DNA of 40,163 nt from an uncultured Elusimicrobiales bacterium (GTDB taxonomy: Bacteria; Elusimicrobiota; Elusimicrobia; Elusimicrobiales; Elusimicrobiaceae): positions 1 through 40,163 of the forward strand of contig CALUXL010000106.1 of assembly GCA_944324735.1 (NCBI GenBank). Direction: 5' to 3'. The notes beneath the pieces were generated by a model. That model made no database searches. It worked only from the letters and a program-made list of their open reading frames with translations, and was not told the DNA's origin. This document shows positions 1-9,857 of this stretch, piece after piece. Made by a program: the position numbers and the translations under genes. How positions within the stretch are numbered: the first letter of the stretch is position 1; every line of letters begins with the position of its first letter.

Positions 1-1
1 T

Positions 2-643
2 CCTGCCGATAAAGACGCCTTGTTTAATACGCTTAAAACCTCGTTTGAAAAAGGCCGCTATGACGTGTGCGCCACCCTCATACGGGAACGCTTCAAAACT
101 GTCTATCCCTTGCTTTCTTTGTTTAAAGACGTACAGCGCAAGGTAATAGACAGCGTAATGAACAAAGTGTACGAAGATACCGACCGCAAGTTCACGCAGA
201 TTTTTGAAGAACAATACCCCGTGGTGCGCGGCTTACAGTATATCGGCACGCCGCTGCCCAAACCGTTTTTAACGGTGGCGGATTTTGTGCTTACCAGCGA
301 TTTAAAGGCCGAGTTCCGCGCCAAAGACGTAGACATCAACGCCGTGGAAGAACTGATGGAAGACGTTAAAACGCTGGGATTAGACGTAAGCGGAGAGGAA
401 CTGCGCCGCGTGGTGAGCGATAAACTGACGTTCTTGTCTTTCTCGTTCGCGCGCAACCCGGCAGACAGCGCCGCCGCCATGAAAATAGTGGAGTTTTTAA
501 ACTATATGGAAATATTCGGCTTTACGCCCGATATTACCAAAGCGCAGGAATTTGTATTCCTGGCGTTAAAGGGCCTGGGCAAAGAAAAAATGAGTAAAGA
601 CGTATTAAAAGCTTTAGCCCGGAAATTAAAAATTGCATTATAA
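2..643 (+). CDS. C-terminal part of a probable DUF3536 / GH57-associated protein (5' end outside window)
   Basis: Frame is open from position 2. Helical C-terminus with LFKDVQRKVID...PLPKPF resembles the DUF3536 tail from memory of the family. Confidence 0.55.
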   Translation, partial: PADKDALFNTLKTSFEKGRYDVCATLIRERFKTVYPLLSLFKDVQRKVIDSVMNKVYEDTDRKFTQIFEEQYPVVRGLQYIGTPLPKPFLTVADFVLTSDLKAEFRAKDVDINAVEELMEDVKTLGLDVSGEELRRVVSDKLTFLSFSFARNPADSAAAMKIVEFLNYMEIFGFTPDITKAQEFVFLALKGLGKEKMSKDVLKALARKLKIAL

Positions 644-670
644 AAGGTTAGTTATATTTAAGGATAAAAA

Positions 671-1675
671 ATGAAGAAAATACTTCTTTTTATAAGTGGT
701 TTATGCTTAATGGGATGTTCACATTTTTCTTTTGCAAAAGTAAAGGATTTTTTTACCGATCCTAATACTAAGCGACAGCAATTGATTTCTGCTGAAGCGG
801 AGACCACTATACATGAAGAAATAGCTAAAGCCTATGGTGGAGAATATGGAGGGTTTTTAGTGAGTTTAGAAGAGCCAATGCCTTCTCTTGAGGTTGTGAG
901 TGCAAATATTGAGGGACAACTCCAAAAACATACAAATATTAATCTTTCCCAATTACAAAGTTCTTCTAAAACTAGTATGCTTAAACAGGCTGTAATATAT
1001 AATGAACTTTCGGTAGCAGAAAGGGCTCTTATAACAGCACGTGAGAACCTATTAAAAGGGGTTTGTTCTCCGAAGGCTTTTAACTCTTGGGATATTTATC
1101 AAATAAGTAAAGGGCGATCCTCTTCTGCTGAATGGTTTTGTAATGAAAATATAGAATATCAACGTTTAAATAAGCAACTGGAGAATATTCAAAACTTAAA
1201 GAGAGAACTATATCAAACTGCATATAACGAAGAAAGAGAAAAATTTGTAAAAATCACAGGCGTAGATATCTCCAATAAAGCATTACTTACAGCTACTTTA
1301 TTAAATTATATGCCGCTCACTCCAAATAAAAATACGCTCTATGATTTACAAAATACAAGAGTTATTCAGACTTTGCCTAAAGGTATTTTAGTTGGAGGAA
1401 GTGGCGTTGTGTCTGATTTCGGCATATACACAGATAAAATGGCATTTATTTATACTTCAAAAGATTTTGTTGATGGGGAACCATTACAAGGAGAAGTAAA
1501 ATTTGTGGGAACATATCAATATCGTTCTGTGTTAGGTGCCAATAGAAAAGTAAACGCTTATAGGTTTTTTTCTTTTAAGTGGGAACAATATAATATACGG
1601 CGGGAAGATTTTTATTTCTATCCAGTTGTCAGAGAATTAGGAAAGAGTGATATTCAAAAACTATTGAACATATGA
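671..1675 (+). CDS. Lipoprotein of unknown function, AT-rich
   Basis: MKK plus hydrophobic stretch plus lipobox LMGC; AAGGA RBS; visibly more AT-rich than flanking genes. Confidence 0.75.
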   Translation: MKKILLFISGLCLMGCSHFSFAKVKDFFTDPNTKRQQLISAEAETTIHEEIAKAYGGEYGGFLVSLEEPMPSLEVVSANIEGQLQKHTNINLSQLQSSSKTSMLKQAVIYNELSVAERALITARENLLKGVCSPKAFNSWDIYQISKGRSSSAEWFCNENIEYQRLNKQLENIQNLKRELYQTAYNEEREKFVKITGVDISNKALLTATLLNYMPLTPNKNTLYDLQNTRVIQTLPKGILVGGSGVVSDFGIYTDKMAFIYTSKDFVDGEPLQGEVKFVGTYQYRSVLGANRKVNAYRFFSFKWEQYNIRREDFYFYPVVRELGKSDIQKLLNI

Positions 1676-1718
1676 TAGTTATTAATGATATTTGGTAGAA
1701 GAGGCCTAAAACGATATT

Positions 1719-2342
1719 TTAAAAAATAGCGTCGTGGCGTTCGATAATATGGTCCAGCGTTTTTAAGCGTTTTTTGGCGTGGGGTTCGCCCTGCACGGCG
1801 GCCAGCAGATAGTAACGGCGGGCCTTGTCTTTATCTTGCGGGGTGCCGGTGCCGCAGGCGTAAAAATCACCCGTCATTACTTGGGCAAACGGGCTGCCGG
1901 CGTCGGCCGCTTCCAGGGCCAGGGTAAAGGCTTGTTTCGGGTCTTTGGGGGTGCCAATGCCTTTTAAATGGCACATAATTAAATTCAGTTTGCCTTCATA
2001 ATTCCCCTGTTGGGCGGCCTCCTGATACCAGCGGAAGGTTTCCCGGTCGTTTTGGGGGCAGCCGTCTCCCGCGCGGTACATGGCGGCCGTAAGCACCTGG
2101 GCTTGGGCCAGGCCGGCTTTGGCGGCTTGTTTAAAACAGGTAAAGGCTTTTTCGGCATTTTTTTCTACTTCTTTGCCTTTGTAATATTTGTGGCCTAAAG
2201 CCACCAGGCTGGCCGGGTCCCCCTGGGCGGCTTTGTTTTGCAGGGCTTGCAGTTGGCGGCGTTTAACGTGTTTGTAAACGGCGTAAGCAAGGCCTCCTAC
2301 AATAAAACAGGCGGCGGTAAGAAACAGGGTTTGGTTAGTCAT
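1719..2342 (-). CDS. Sel1-like repeat (TPR) membrane-anchored protein
   Basis: N-terminal TM segment; repeated A..LG..Y..G.G...D...A..WY..AA.QG motifs. Confidence 0.9.
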   Translation of the reverse strand: MTNQTLFLTAACFIVGGLAYAVYKHVKRRQLQALQNKAAQGDPASLVALGHKYYKGKEVEKNAEKAFTCFKQAAKAGLAQAQVLTAAMYRAGDGCPQNDRETFRWYQEAAQQGNYEGKLNLIMCHLKGIGTPKDPKQAFTLALEAADAGSPFAQVMTGDFYACGTGTPQDKDKARRYYLLAAVQGEPHAKKRLKTLDHIIERHDAIF

Positions 2343-2350
2343 AAAAATCC

Positions 2351-3022
2351 TTATTTGGTTTTTATCAGTTTGCGGTTTTCCAGGGTGTACACGTCGGTTG
2401 CGTAGTTTACGGCGTGCACGTCGTGCGTAACCATTAGAACGGTTAAGCCTTGGCTTGCCATGTGGGCAAAATCTTTAAATACTTGTTCTTTGCGCGAAGC
2501 GTCCAAATTGCCGGTGGGCTCGTCGGCCAGTAACAATACCGGGCTGTTACGCAAGGCGCGCGCAATGCTGGCGCGTTGCTTTTCCCCGCCGGAAAGTTCA
2601 CTGGGAAATTTGTGGGAGATGGCCCCCAAACCCAAATTTTCCAGCAGTTCCTGCGCTTTTTTGGGGTTGGGTTTGCCTTGCATAATGGCGGGCAGTTCCA
2701 CATTTTCCAGGAGGGAAAACTCCGGCAACAGTCCGTCAAACTGAAACACAAACCCCATCTTGTTTAAGCGCAGGGCGGAACGGGCGGATTCTTTGCGCAT
2801 GTTGGTAAGTTCTTTACCTTCAAAAAATATTTGTCCGCTGGTGGGTTTATCCAGCATGGCAATTAAGTTTAACAGCGTGCTTTTGCCGCTTCCGCTGGGG
2901 CCTAAAAGCACGGTAAAGCTGCCCTTGGCAACGGACAAGGAAACATCTTCCAGCACGCATAAATTTTCGTCCTGCTGGCTGTAAATTTTGGTCAAATGGG
3001 TGATTTCTATGATATTATCCAT
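2351..3022 (-). CDS. lolD: Lipoprotein-releasing ABC transporter ATP-binding protein
   Basis: GPSGSGKST, LSGGEKQR, LLADEPTGNLD, GFVFQF; adjacent to a LolC/E permease. Confidence 0.85.
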   Translation of the reverse strand: MDNIIEITHLTKIYSQQDENLCVLEDVSLSVAKGSFTVLLGPSGSGKSTLLNLIAMLDKPTSGQIFFEGKELTNMRKESARSALRLNKMGFVFQFDGLLPEFSLLENVELPAIMQGKPNPKKAQELLENLGLGAISHKFPSELSGGEKQRASIARALRNSPVLLLADEPTGNLDASRKEQVFKDFAHMASQGLTVLMVTHDVHAVNYATDVYTLENRKLIKTK

Positions 3023-4232
3023 AACGTATAGCGTCCGTCGGGTTCACGCGGGAGGCCTTGGCCGCCGGGTACAGCCCCGCAAAGAAACAAATTAAATAAC
3101 TGCCGCCCACTACGGCCAAAATGTCCGTCCACTCCATGCGTACGGGTACTTTGGTTAAGTAGTAAATGTCTCCGGGCAGTTCCACAATGTTAAACGTGGC
3201 AATAATCCAGCACAGCAGGCACGCCAGCGCAATGCCCAAAAAGATACCCAGCGTGGCAATGGCCATGGCTTCCCACATAAATACTTTGCGTATCATTTTG
3301 GGGCTGGCGCCCATGGCGCGCATGAGGCCGATGTCGCGCAGTTTTTCGGTACCCAGCAAAATCAGGTTTCCGGCAATATTTAGGGAGGCCACAATAATAA
3401 TTAAAAACAGAATAATAAACATAACGGCTTTTTCCAGCTTTAAAGCCGCATACAGGGTGCTGTTTAATTGGGCAAACGTGCGTACGGCATACCCGTAGCC
3501 AATGGCCTGGCGGATTTGTTCGGCGGCTTGGTCCGCCTGGTTTAAGTCGTGCAGTTTTACGGCTACCCCCGTTACGCCGCCTTTAAGGCCTAAAAAATCA
3601 CTGGCGTGGGGAAGGGTGGTGTAGGCGATGGTATTGTCAAACTCGTAATACCCTGTGCGCAAAAGGCCGCTTACGCGAAATTTCTTCATTTTGGGGAACA
3701 TACCCGCCGAGGTGGAAATGGACTGCGGAGAAATAAGCACCACGTCATCGCCCACCTGGGCGCCCAGGCTGTAGGCCAGTTCCGTCCCTAATACCAGCGG
3801 GGCGGGGGCGTCTTCGTCCCAGTCGGGGGTAAAGGAGCCCTCGGTTAAAGATTCGTTTAAATTGTTAATGTGTTTTTCTTTTTCCGGGTCCAGCCCGCGC
3901 ACCACCAGGCCTACGCTTTGCCCGTCATAAGACAAAATGGCCTGCCCGTAAATATGCGGCGCGGCGGCCTGAACCAAAGGGATTTGTTCAATTTTTTTAA
4001 TGTATTGCGGGTAAGCGTCCGCCGCCATGCGCCCAAACACCAAAATATGGCTTTGCGCGCCGATGACTTTTTCTTTAATATCGCTTTGAAACCCGTTCAT
4101 CACGGACAGCGTGGTAATCAGTGCCGCTACCCCCACACTTACCCCTGCCACGCCAATAAGCGTGGTGATAATGGCAAATAAGCCTTTGCGGCGGGTAAGA
4201 TAGCGCAGCGCTACAAAACGTTCAAATTTCAT
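3015..4232 (-). CDS. lolE: Lipoprotein-releasing ABC transporter permease LolC/E (start revised to MKFERF at 4232)
   Basis: VALRYL, LSVMNGF, LKLEK, IGLMRAMGA, YPAAKASRVNP..AIRY motifs; 4-TM FtsX/MacB topology. Confidence 0.85.
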   Translation of the reverse strand: MKFERFVALRYLTRRKGLFAIITTLIGVAGVSVGVAALITTLSVMNGFQSDIKEKVIGAQSHILVFGRMAADAYPQYIKKIEQIPLVQAAAPHIYGQAILSYDGQSVGLVVRGLDPEKEKHINNLNESLTEGSFTPDWDEDAPAPLVLGTELAYSLGAQVGDDVVLISPQSISTSAGMFPKMKKFRVSGLLRTGYYEFDNTIAYTTLPHASDFLGLKGGVTGVAVKLHDLNQADQAAEQIRQAIGYGYAVRTFAQLNSTLYAALKLEKAVMFIILFLIIIVASLNIAGNLILLGTEKLRDIGLMRAMGASPKMIRKVFMWEAMAIATLGIFLGIALACLLCWIIATFNIVELPGDIYYLTKVPVRMEWTDILAVVGGSYLICFFAGLYPAAKASRVNPTDAIRYG

Positions 4233-4314
4233 ATGTATATTGTACTTTATTTGTAGAAAACACCCCAGTGTGTTTTGTGGGGCCGTTTGTCGGCCGGGAA
4301 TATGCAGGAAGAGC

Positions 4315-4342
4315 TTGATTTGTTTTTTTTTTTTGATAAATT
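4315..4342 (+). promoter_or_regulatory. Putative pilin promoter with a T12 tract in the spacer
   Basis: TTGATT (4315-20), 16-bp spacer containing T12 (4323-4334), TGn-TAAATT (4337-42). Confidence 0.45.
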
Positions 4343-4380
4343 TTGTTGGAAACAAAATTTAGTCAAAAAAGAGGGGAAAA

Positions 4381-4944
4381 ATGAAAAATGCGTATATGAA
4401 GGAATTAGGAGGCTTTACGCTTATTGAGCTTTTGGTAGTGGTATTAATTATTGGTATTTTGGCGGCGGTGGCGGTGCCGCAATACCAAGTGGCGGTATGG
4501 AAGGCGCGTTTTGCTGCTTATATGCCCTTGGTAAAGCATATTAAAGACGCGCAAGAAGCCTATTTTATGGCTAATGGCCGGTATGCTGCCAATTTTGATG
4601 AACTGGGGATAGATTTGCCGCCCGGCGAAGCGGTTTCGTCCAATCGGTTTACGGGAACGCCCGGCATTAAATACCAAAACGGCATGGTAGTGTTTACCAG
4701 CGGGTTATTTGCCGGTGTGGTAAGAGGTGGGGAAAACGCAGAGCCTTTTGGGGCGTATGCCGTATCTTTTGATAATATTTCCGGAAAAGATAATAATCAC
4801 TGGGCGTATGCGCCCAGCCAGCAAGGCTGCCATTATTGGGCCAACCATACCGGACGGTTGATGGAAAAAGTGTGTAAAAGCTGGACAGGCGGAACAATCC
4901 GAACGGCCTATTCCCCCAACGGATTTCCAGGTTATTCGTTTTAG
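4381..4944 (+). CDS. Type IV pilin-like protein (PilE-type)
   Basis: Prepilin motif G|FTLIELLVVVLIIGILAAVAVPQY with E5; C-terminal Cys pair; GAGGGG RBS. Confidence 0.93.
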   Translation: MKNAYMKELGGFTLIELLVVVLIIGILAAVAVPQYQVAVWKARFAAYMPLVKHIKDAQEAYFMANGRYAANFDELGIDLPPGEAVSSNRFTGTPGIKYQNGMVVFTSGLFAGVVRGGENAEPFGAYAVSFDNISGKDNNHWAYAPSQQGCHYWANHTGRLMEKVCKSWTGGTIRTAYSPNGFPGYSF

Positions 4945-4949
4945 AAACA

Positions 4950-4983
4950 AAAACCCCCGCGCGGAAATGAGCGCGGGGGTTTT
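4950..4983. terminator. Bidirectional intrinsic terminator between pilin and lysS
   Basis: AAAACCCCCGCGC-loop-GCGCGGGGGTTTT between convergent genes. Confidence 0.85.
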
Positions 4984-4999
4984 GCTGAAAATATTTTTC

Positions 5000-6514
5000 T
5001 TACTCTTCCAGTTTTTTAAGGGTGGGGAATAAGATAATCTCGCGGATGGAATCCTGACCGGTTAACATCATTACAATGCGGTCAATCCCTATACCCATGC
5101 CTCCGGTAGGCGGCATGCCGTTTTCCATGGCTTCGATATAATCCGCGTCCAGAATGTCGGCATTTTCGGCGTCTTCGCCTTTGGCGGCGGCTTTTTCGGC
5201 CGCTTGGTCTTTCAGGCGCTGCAACTGGTCGGCCGGGTCGTTAAGCTCCGTATAGGCGTTGGCCAGTTCCTGCCCGTTTACAAAGACTTCAAAGCGTTCC
5301 ACAATTTCCGGGTCGCCCGGTTTGGTTTTGCTGAACGGGCTGACGGCGGTGGGATAATCCAGTGCGATGACGGGGTTGTGGTAATCGGCCAGCAGTTTGC
5401 CTTCAAACAGTTCGTCAAAGATGGAACCGTCGGAATCATCCGGCCCGAATTTTACGCCCTGTTCTCTGGCTACTTCTTCCAGCTTGGCGCGGTTGAATTT
5501 GCGGCCGTCTAACACTTCGTGAATATCACGGCCGAATTTTTCCTGCCAGGCCTGCGGAATATAAAGGCGTTTGTACGGGGGGCGCAGGTCCACGTCATAT
5601 CCGCGGAAGTGTACCGTTTCCGCACCGATGGCTTTGGCCGCATTGCCCAGGATTTCTTCAAACAAGTCGGCCATGGTGTACACGTCCCCATAGGCTTGGT
5701 ACATTTCCATCATGGTAAATTCCGGGTTGTGGGTGGTGTCGATCCCTTCGTTACGGAACATGTGCCCAATTTCGTAAATTTTATCCATACCGCCCATAAT
5801 CAGGCGTTTGTGGTGCAGTTCCAACGCAATGCGCAGGTAGAGCGGCATTTTAAGCGCGTTGTGGTACGTTTCAAACGGGCGAGCAATAGCCCCGCCGGAA
5901 GAGGGGTTCAAAATAGGGGTTTCCACTTCCAGGTAGCCTTTGGCGTCCAGCGTTTTGCGAATGGAAGAAATAATTTTGGCGCGTTTGATGAAAATTTCTT
6001 TTACGTCTTCGTTGGCAATCAAATCCAAGTGGCGTTTGCGAAAGCGCACTTCCACATCCTGCAAGCCGTGGTATTTTTCCGGCATGGGGCGGATGGCTTT
6101 GGAAATCAGCGTAACTTTGGTGGTTTTGATGGTGTTTTCACCCGTTTTGGTTACAAACATGTGGCCGGTAACGGATACAAAGTCCCCCACCGCAATGTGT
6201 TTTTTGAAAAATTGATAGGCTTCATCGCCCAAGTTGTCTTTGGCTACATACAGTTGCACGCGGCCCGTAAAATCGCGCAAGTGGGCAAAGGCGGCCTTGC
6301 CCATGCTGCGCAGCTGCATAATGCGGCCGGCGGTTACCACTTCGGTCCCTTCGGGGGAGTTTTTGGCTTCCAGGCAGGACTGTTTCTTCTCACAGCGGGT
6401 AGGGTAAGGTTCCACACCCAGGGAGCGGATTTCTTTTACTTCCGCATAGCGCTGGGCGATAATTTCTTGCAGGGCGTTGCCCTGTTCTTTGGTGTGCTCT
6501 TTCGTTTCCGGCAT
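5000..6514 (-). CDS. lysS: Lysine--tRNA ligase, class II
   Basis: OB-fold (AGRIM..R.MGKAAF), LEVETP, LRIALELH, FRNEGIDTTHNPEFT, GMPPTGGMGIGIDR. Confidence 0.98.
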   Translation of the reverse strand: MPETKEHTKEQGNALQEIIAQRYAEVKEIRSLGVEPYPTRCEKKQSCLEAKNSPEGTEVVTAGRIMQLRSMGKAAFAHLRDFTGRVQLYVAKDNLGDEAYQFFKKHIAVGDFVSVTGHMFVTKTGENTIKTTKVTLISKAIRPMPEKYHGLQDVEVRFRKRHLDLIANEDVKEIFIKRAKIISSIRKTLDAKGYLEVETPILNPSSGGAIARPFETYHNALKMPLYLRIALELHHKRLIMGGMDKIYEIGHMFRNEGIDTTHNPEFTMMEMYQAYGDVYTMADLFEEILGNAAKAIGAETVHFRGYDVDLRPPYKRLYIPQAWQEKFGRDIHEVLDGRKFNRAKLEEVAREQGVKFGPDDSDGSIFDELFEGKLLADYHNPVIALDYPTAVSPFSKTKPGDPEIVERFEVFVNGQELANAYTELNDPADQLQRLKDQAAEKAAAKGEDAENADILDADYIEAMENGMPPTGGMGIGIDRIVMMLTGQDSIREIILFPTLKKLEE

Positions 6515-6603
6515 AAATACCTCGTAAATGATATTATCTTTATTTTATCAAATTAATAAGCGGCGGCGGAAATGGTAAAATAATTTAAACTGAGGGAAAA
6601 AGT

Positions 6604-7215
6604 ATGAAAAAATTAATCGGACCTTTACTCATCATCGCCCTTATTTTGGGGGGCGGAATGTTAATGCGTTTCGGGCCGGACGGACGCGACGAGCGCGGCG
6701 CCACCCGCCTGATGCGCTCCATAGAAAGTGGGGACAATGCCCTGGAAACAGAAAAACTGATTGCCCGCTCCAACGATTTAAACGTGGAAGATAATTCCGG
6801 CCGTACCGCTTTGTTTTATGCCGTACAGCACAGTAAAAATACGGACTTGCTGGCTAAATTATTAAAAGAAGGGGCGGATATTAACGTGGCCGATAATGCC
6901 GGCCAAACGGCGCTTTTTGTAGCGGCGCAGAGCAACCCCTCCCCGCAAGTGGCGGAATTTTTGCTCACCTCTGCGGCGGTTGTAAACGCGGCGGATAAAA
7001 ACGGCGTAACCCCGCTTATGTTGGCGGCGCAGAATAATAATAAAGAGGTTTTGTCCATCTTCTTGCGCGCCGGGGCGGACACCCAGGCCAAGGATGCCCA
7101 AGGCAAAACCGTGGCCGATTATTTGCAGGAAAATACCCAGCTAAGCGAACAGGAAAAGAATGACTTCCGCCAAGCTATGTTGGTGCTTTATTTATTAAAG
7201 CCCTTGGGTAAATAA
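6604..7215 (+). CDS. Ankyrin-repeat protein with N-terminal signal/TM segment
   Basis: Repeats GRTALFYA, GQTALFVA, GVTPLMLA, GADIN. Confidence 0.9.
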   Translation: MKKLIGPLLIIALILGGGMLMRFGPDGRDERGATRLMRSIESGDNALETEKLIARSNDLNVEDNSGRTALFYAVQHSKNTDLLAKLLKEGADINVADNAGQTALFVAAQSNPSPQVAEFLLTSAAVVNAADKNGVTPLMLAAQNNNKEVLSIFLRAGADTQAKDAQGKTVADYLQENTQLSEQEKNDFRQAMLVLYLLKPLGK

Positions 7216-7231
7216 AATTTTACAAAGGCAC

Positions 7232-7262
7232 AAAAAACCCGGCTCTTAATGCCGGGTTTTTT
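7232..7262. terminator. Bidirectional intrinsic terminator
   Basis: AAAAAACCCGGC-loop-GCCGGGTTTTTT between convergent genes. Confidence 0.88.
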
Positions 7263-7272
7263 ATTTTAAAGT

Positions 7273-8166
7273 TTATTTGCCGGGGCTTTGCAGGGCGCGC
7301 AGTAAATTTAATTTGGTTTTTTGCGCAAAAGATAATTTATAGGGGTAAAACGCAAAGGAACCATCTTGCAAGGGAACAATCTGGCCCCAGCGGTCTTTGC
7401 CGTTTACGTGTAAATAAGCGCTTACGCGTACAATGTTTTTGGCGGGGATGTCGTGGCTGGTAGTCCAGATGTGTTTGTTTTCGCCTTTAAAGCCGTCAAT
7501 ATGTACGATTACGGGAATGCCCGGCTCCTGCGGGCAGGTGTAAATATGGGCAATTTGCGGTACGTTGGTCATAAAAATCAGCCGTTTTTTGGTCCAGCCG
7601 TCCACCGCGCTGCGCGAGGCCAACAGCCCTTTGGAAAAAATGACCTCTAAATCTTCGGCCGGGTTTAATAACAGCATGCCGCGGGCCAAGTCCCCCGGGT
7701 AAAGGGAGAGCGGATAAGGGGCGGGAAGTTTTACCGGCGGCATTACCTCTTTAAAATCTTTTACAATCACGGGCGGAACATTTTGCAGTTTGGGTACATG
7801 GCATTCCGTGGCTAAAAGGGCAATTTCTTTATCGGTCATGGAGGCCGGTTTTTGCGCGGCTTGGTAACGCTGCGCCGCCAATTTGTGATGGTGGGAGGGG
7901 CTTGCGCGGTGCACCGTCCAGGCGTTTATACGTTTTTGGCGAGAGAGCTCCTTTTGCAAGCGTTTTTGTTCCACCGCGGAAGGATAAAAACGCCGCGCGG
8001 GAACGGGTGCCGCCGCGGCGTTTTGCTGTTTTTTAACAAGTTGTTTAAAAAAATTCTTTTGGGCATTTGCCGTGGCAGGGCAAAGCAATACGGCTAACGC
8101 ACAGATGCTTACACACAGGCGCAACCATACAAAGCGGGCGGGATGAAAAGTATTATTCGGCTGCAT
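7273..8166 (-). CDS. Secreted protein with C-terminal ART/Tpt1-like domain (paralog 1; start uncertain, 8166 or 8181)
   Basis: Signal peptide ending ANA; LARG...IFSKGL..S...IFMT...PVIVHI...HDIP..NIVRVSA shared with the two paralogs. Confidence 0.6.
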   Translation of the reverse strand: MQPNNTFHPARFVWLRLCVSICALAVLLCPATANAQKNFFKQLVKKQQNAAAAPVPARRFYPSAVEQKRLQKELSRQKRINAWTVHRASPSHHHKLAAQRYQAAQKPASMTDKEIALLATECHVPKLQNVPPVIVKDFKEVMPPVKLPAPYPLSLYPGDLARGMLLLNPAEDLEVIFSKGLLASRSAVDGWTKKRLIFMTNVPQIAHIYTCPQEPGIPVIVHIDGFKGENKHIWTTSHDIPAKNIVRVSAYLHVNGKDRWGQIVPLQDGSFAFYPYKLSFAQKTKLNLLRALQSPGK

Positions 8167-9022
8167 AAGGTTTAAATACAAATTCTCCTGTTTGGGTCAT
8201 GCTGATGTCTCCCCATACGGGGGTGCCGTCCACCGGCAAGAGGGCGCTGATGCGGACAATTTGGTCGGTAGGGATGTCTCCCATGGAAAGTACACCCGCC
8301 CCGGCCGGGTTGCGCACGGTGGGGATGGTGTTTTTTACCTGAATCATCAGCGGAACTTTGCCGTCCCCTTCCGCCCGGCGCACGGCGTAATGTTCGGCCC
8401 GGCGGGAATCGGAAATTAAGCAAATGTTTTTGGTTTCACCCACGGCTTGATTGGCTAAATCCACCAGGGCTTTGGTTTGATAGGTAAGGACGGCAAAATC
8501 ACTGTGGTGCGCGCCGGAATCTTTGGCGCGCAGGCCGTTTTGTAAAATGTTGCGAAGCCCCTCTTCGTTAATGGATATACCGCGGTAAAATACCCGTTTG
8601 GGGCTGGTAAAAGGATAGGGGGGCAAAGGTTCCTGATAAGAGGGCGGTTGCAATTGGTTCAGTACCACCACCTCTCCGCTTAAGCGCGGCATGGGGTAGC
8701 GGGTGGGTTGGGCGCCGTGTTTATATAAATAGTTTAAGGCTTTGCGTTTGGAAACCCCCACCTTGGTCATTAAAGAATAATAAAGGCGTTTGTTGTTGTC
8801 ACTCATGGCCTTTTGGGCGGCCGGGGTGAGTGAACGGGCGGCGGCCGCTTGCGCCGAAGCGCTTTTAGCCGCTTGGGCAGGTGCTTTTTTGGTTAAGGTT
8901 TTGGCGGTCCCTTTTATGACGGGCTGCCATTGGGCCCGCACAGGGGAGGCGGCGCCCAATACCAGGGCGCTTACTAAGACGGCTACATAAGAAAGCTTGC
9001 ACACCCCAAATGTGTTTTTCAT
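8153..9022 (-). CDS. Secreted protein with C-terminal ART/Tpt1-like domain (paralog 2)
   Basis: Signal peptide ending VRA; FYRG...ILQNGL...ICL...A..YA...DIP..QIVRISA. Confidence 0.65.
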   Translation of the reverse strand: MKNTFGVCKLSYVAVLVSALVLGAASPVRAQWQPVIKGTAKTLTKKAPAQAAKSASAQAAAARSLTPAAQKAMSDNNKRLYYSLMTKVGVSKRKALNYLYKHGAQPTRYPMPRLSGEVVVLNQLQPPSYQEPLPPYPFTSPKRVFYRGISINEEGLRNILQNGLRAKDSGAHHSDFAVLTYQTKALVDLANQAVGETKNICLISDSRRAEHYAVRRAEGDGKVPLMIQVKNTIPTVRNPAGAGVLSMGDIPTDQIVRISALLPVDGTPVWGDISMTQTGEFVFKPYAAE

Positions 9023-9059
9023 ACTAATAATATAAGGGTTTTTAAAAAAGTTTACCAGG

Positions 9060-9086
9060 GCCTTTGGGCCTATATGCTTTTAGGCC
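9060..9086 (-). promoter_or_regulatory. Conserved upstream motif, copy 1
   Basis: GCCTTTGGGCCTATAT..TTTTAGGCC, 38 bp upstream of the paralog 2 start; near-identical copy at 10601. Confidence 0.55.
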
Positions 9087-9815
9087 TTATTTAGCGGGCT
9101 TAGTGGGCCGTGCGGGCGTAAGCCCGGCGGCCGGGCGCGGCATGGGGCGCGGGGCGGGGCGTTTAATACCGCTGGGGGGCATATAAAGGCGCGGGTCGGA
9201 CCCGGGGTTTGCCCCTGCATTTCCGCCGGGAACCATCACCGGGCGCATAACCGGGGGGCGGTTAACCGGCCGAAAGTGAGAGCCGTGAGAACCGCCGGGC
9301 CGTTTACCCGGGCGGCGTTTGGCATAGCCCGAGGGGCGCGGTGCCAGCGGGGTGCCTTCATAAGGCTCTGCTTTTACGCTGTCGCCTCCCGGCTGAAAAA
9401 AGGGAACAAATTTGCCCGGTTCGGTAGCGGTTTGTTTTTTGGCTTTAGGGGCTAAAGATTCATTTTGGGCAGAGGTGGAAGAAGGTGGCTCCTTTTTGTA
9501 AGTAGAAAAAGAGTCCTTTTCCAGTTCCGGTTCTTGGGCCTGGGGGGCCGGTTGTTTGGCAGATTGGGCTTTTTCTTGTTTTTCGTATTCTTCCAAGTAT
9601 TTGGCCAGTTCTTTTTCAAACTCTTCATCCGTCATTTCGTCTTTCGGGGCGGAGGAAGCGGAAGGATCCACATTTTTTATGGTAATGGTTTGGGTTACCT
9701 GGGTGTTGGCCGGCAACTGGGGTATAAAGGCTTGGGCAAAAAGCGTGCCGCCCGGCAGAGCGATTGCCAGGGAAAGTATAAAAAGGCAGAAAGTAAAGTT
9801 CTTTTTAAAAGTCAT
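9087..9815 (-). CDS. Secreted Pro/Lys-rich low-complexity protein
   Basis: Signal peptide ending LFA; Pro-rich tail; TTGGCA-17-TATACT promoter places +1 on the ATG. Confidence 0.7.
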   Translation of the reverse strand: MTFKKNFTFCLFILSLAIALPGGTLFAQAFIPQLPANTQVTQTITIKNVDPSASSAPKDEMTDEEFEKELAKYLEEYEKQEKAQSAKQPAPQAQEPELEKDSFSTYKKEPPSSTSAQNESLAPKAKKQTATEPGKFVPFFQPGGDSVKAEPYEGTPLAPRPSGYAKRRPGKRPGGSHGSHFRPVNRPPVMRPVMVPGGNAGANPGSDPRLYMPPSGIKRPAPRPMPRPAAGLTPARPTKPAK

Positions 9816-9857
9816 ATATACAGTATAATAAGAAGATTTACTTTTGCCAAGGCGGGC

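Noticed and set aside
4233-4355. N-terminal extension of LolC/E in the ORF track
   Set aside because: Runs through the divergent promoter region; the family-like N-terminus starts at MKFERF.
5519-6556. 345-aa plus-strand ORF
   Set aside because: Antisense shadow of lysS; no motifs or RBS.
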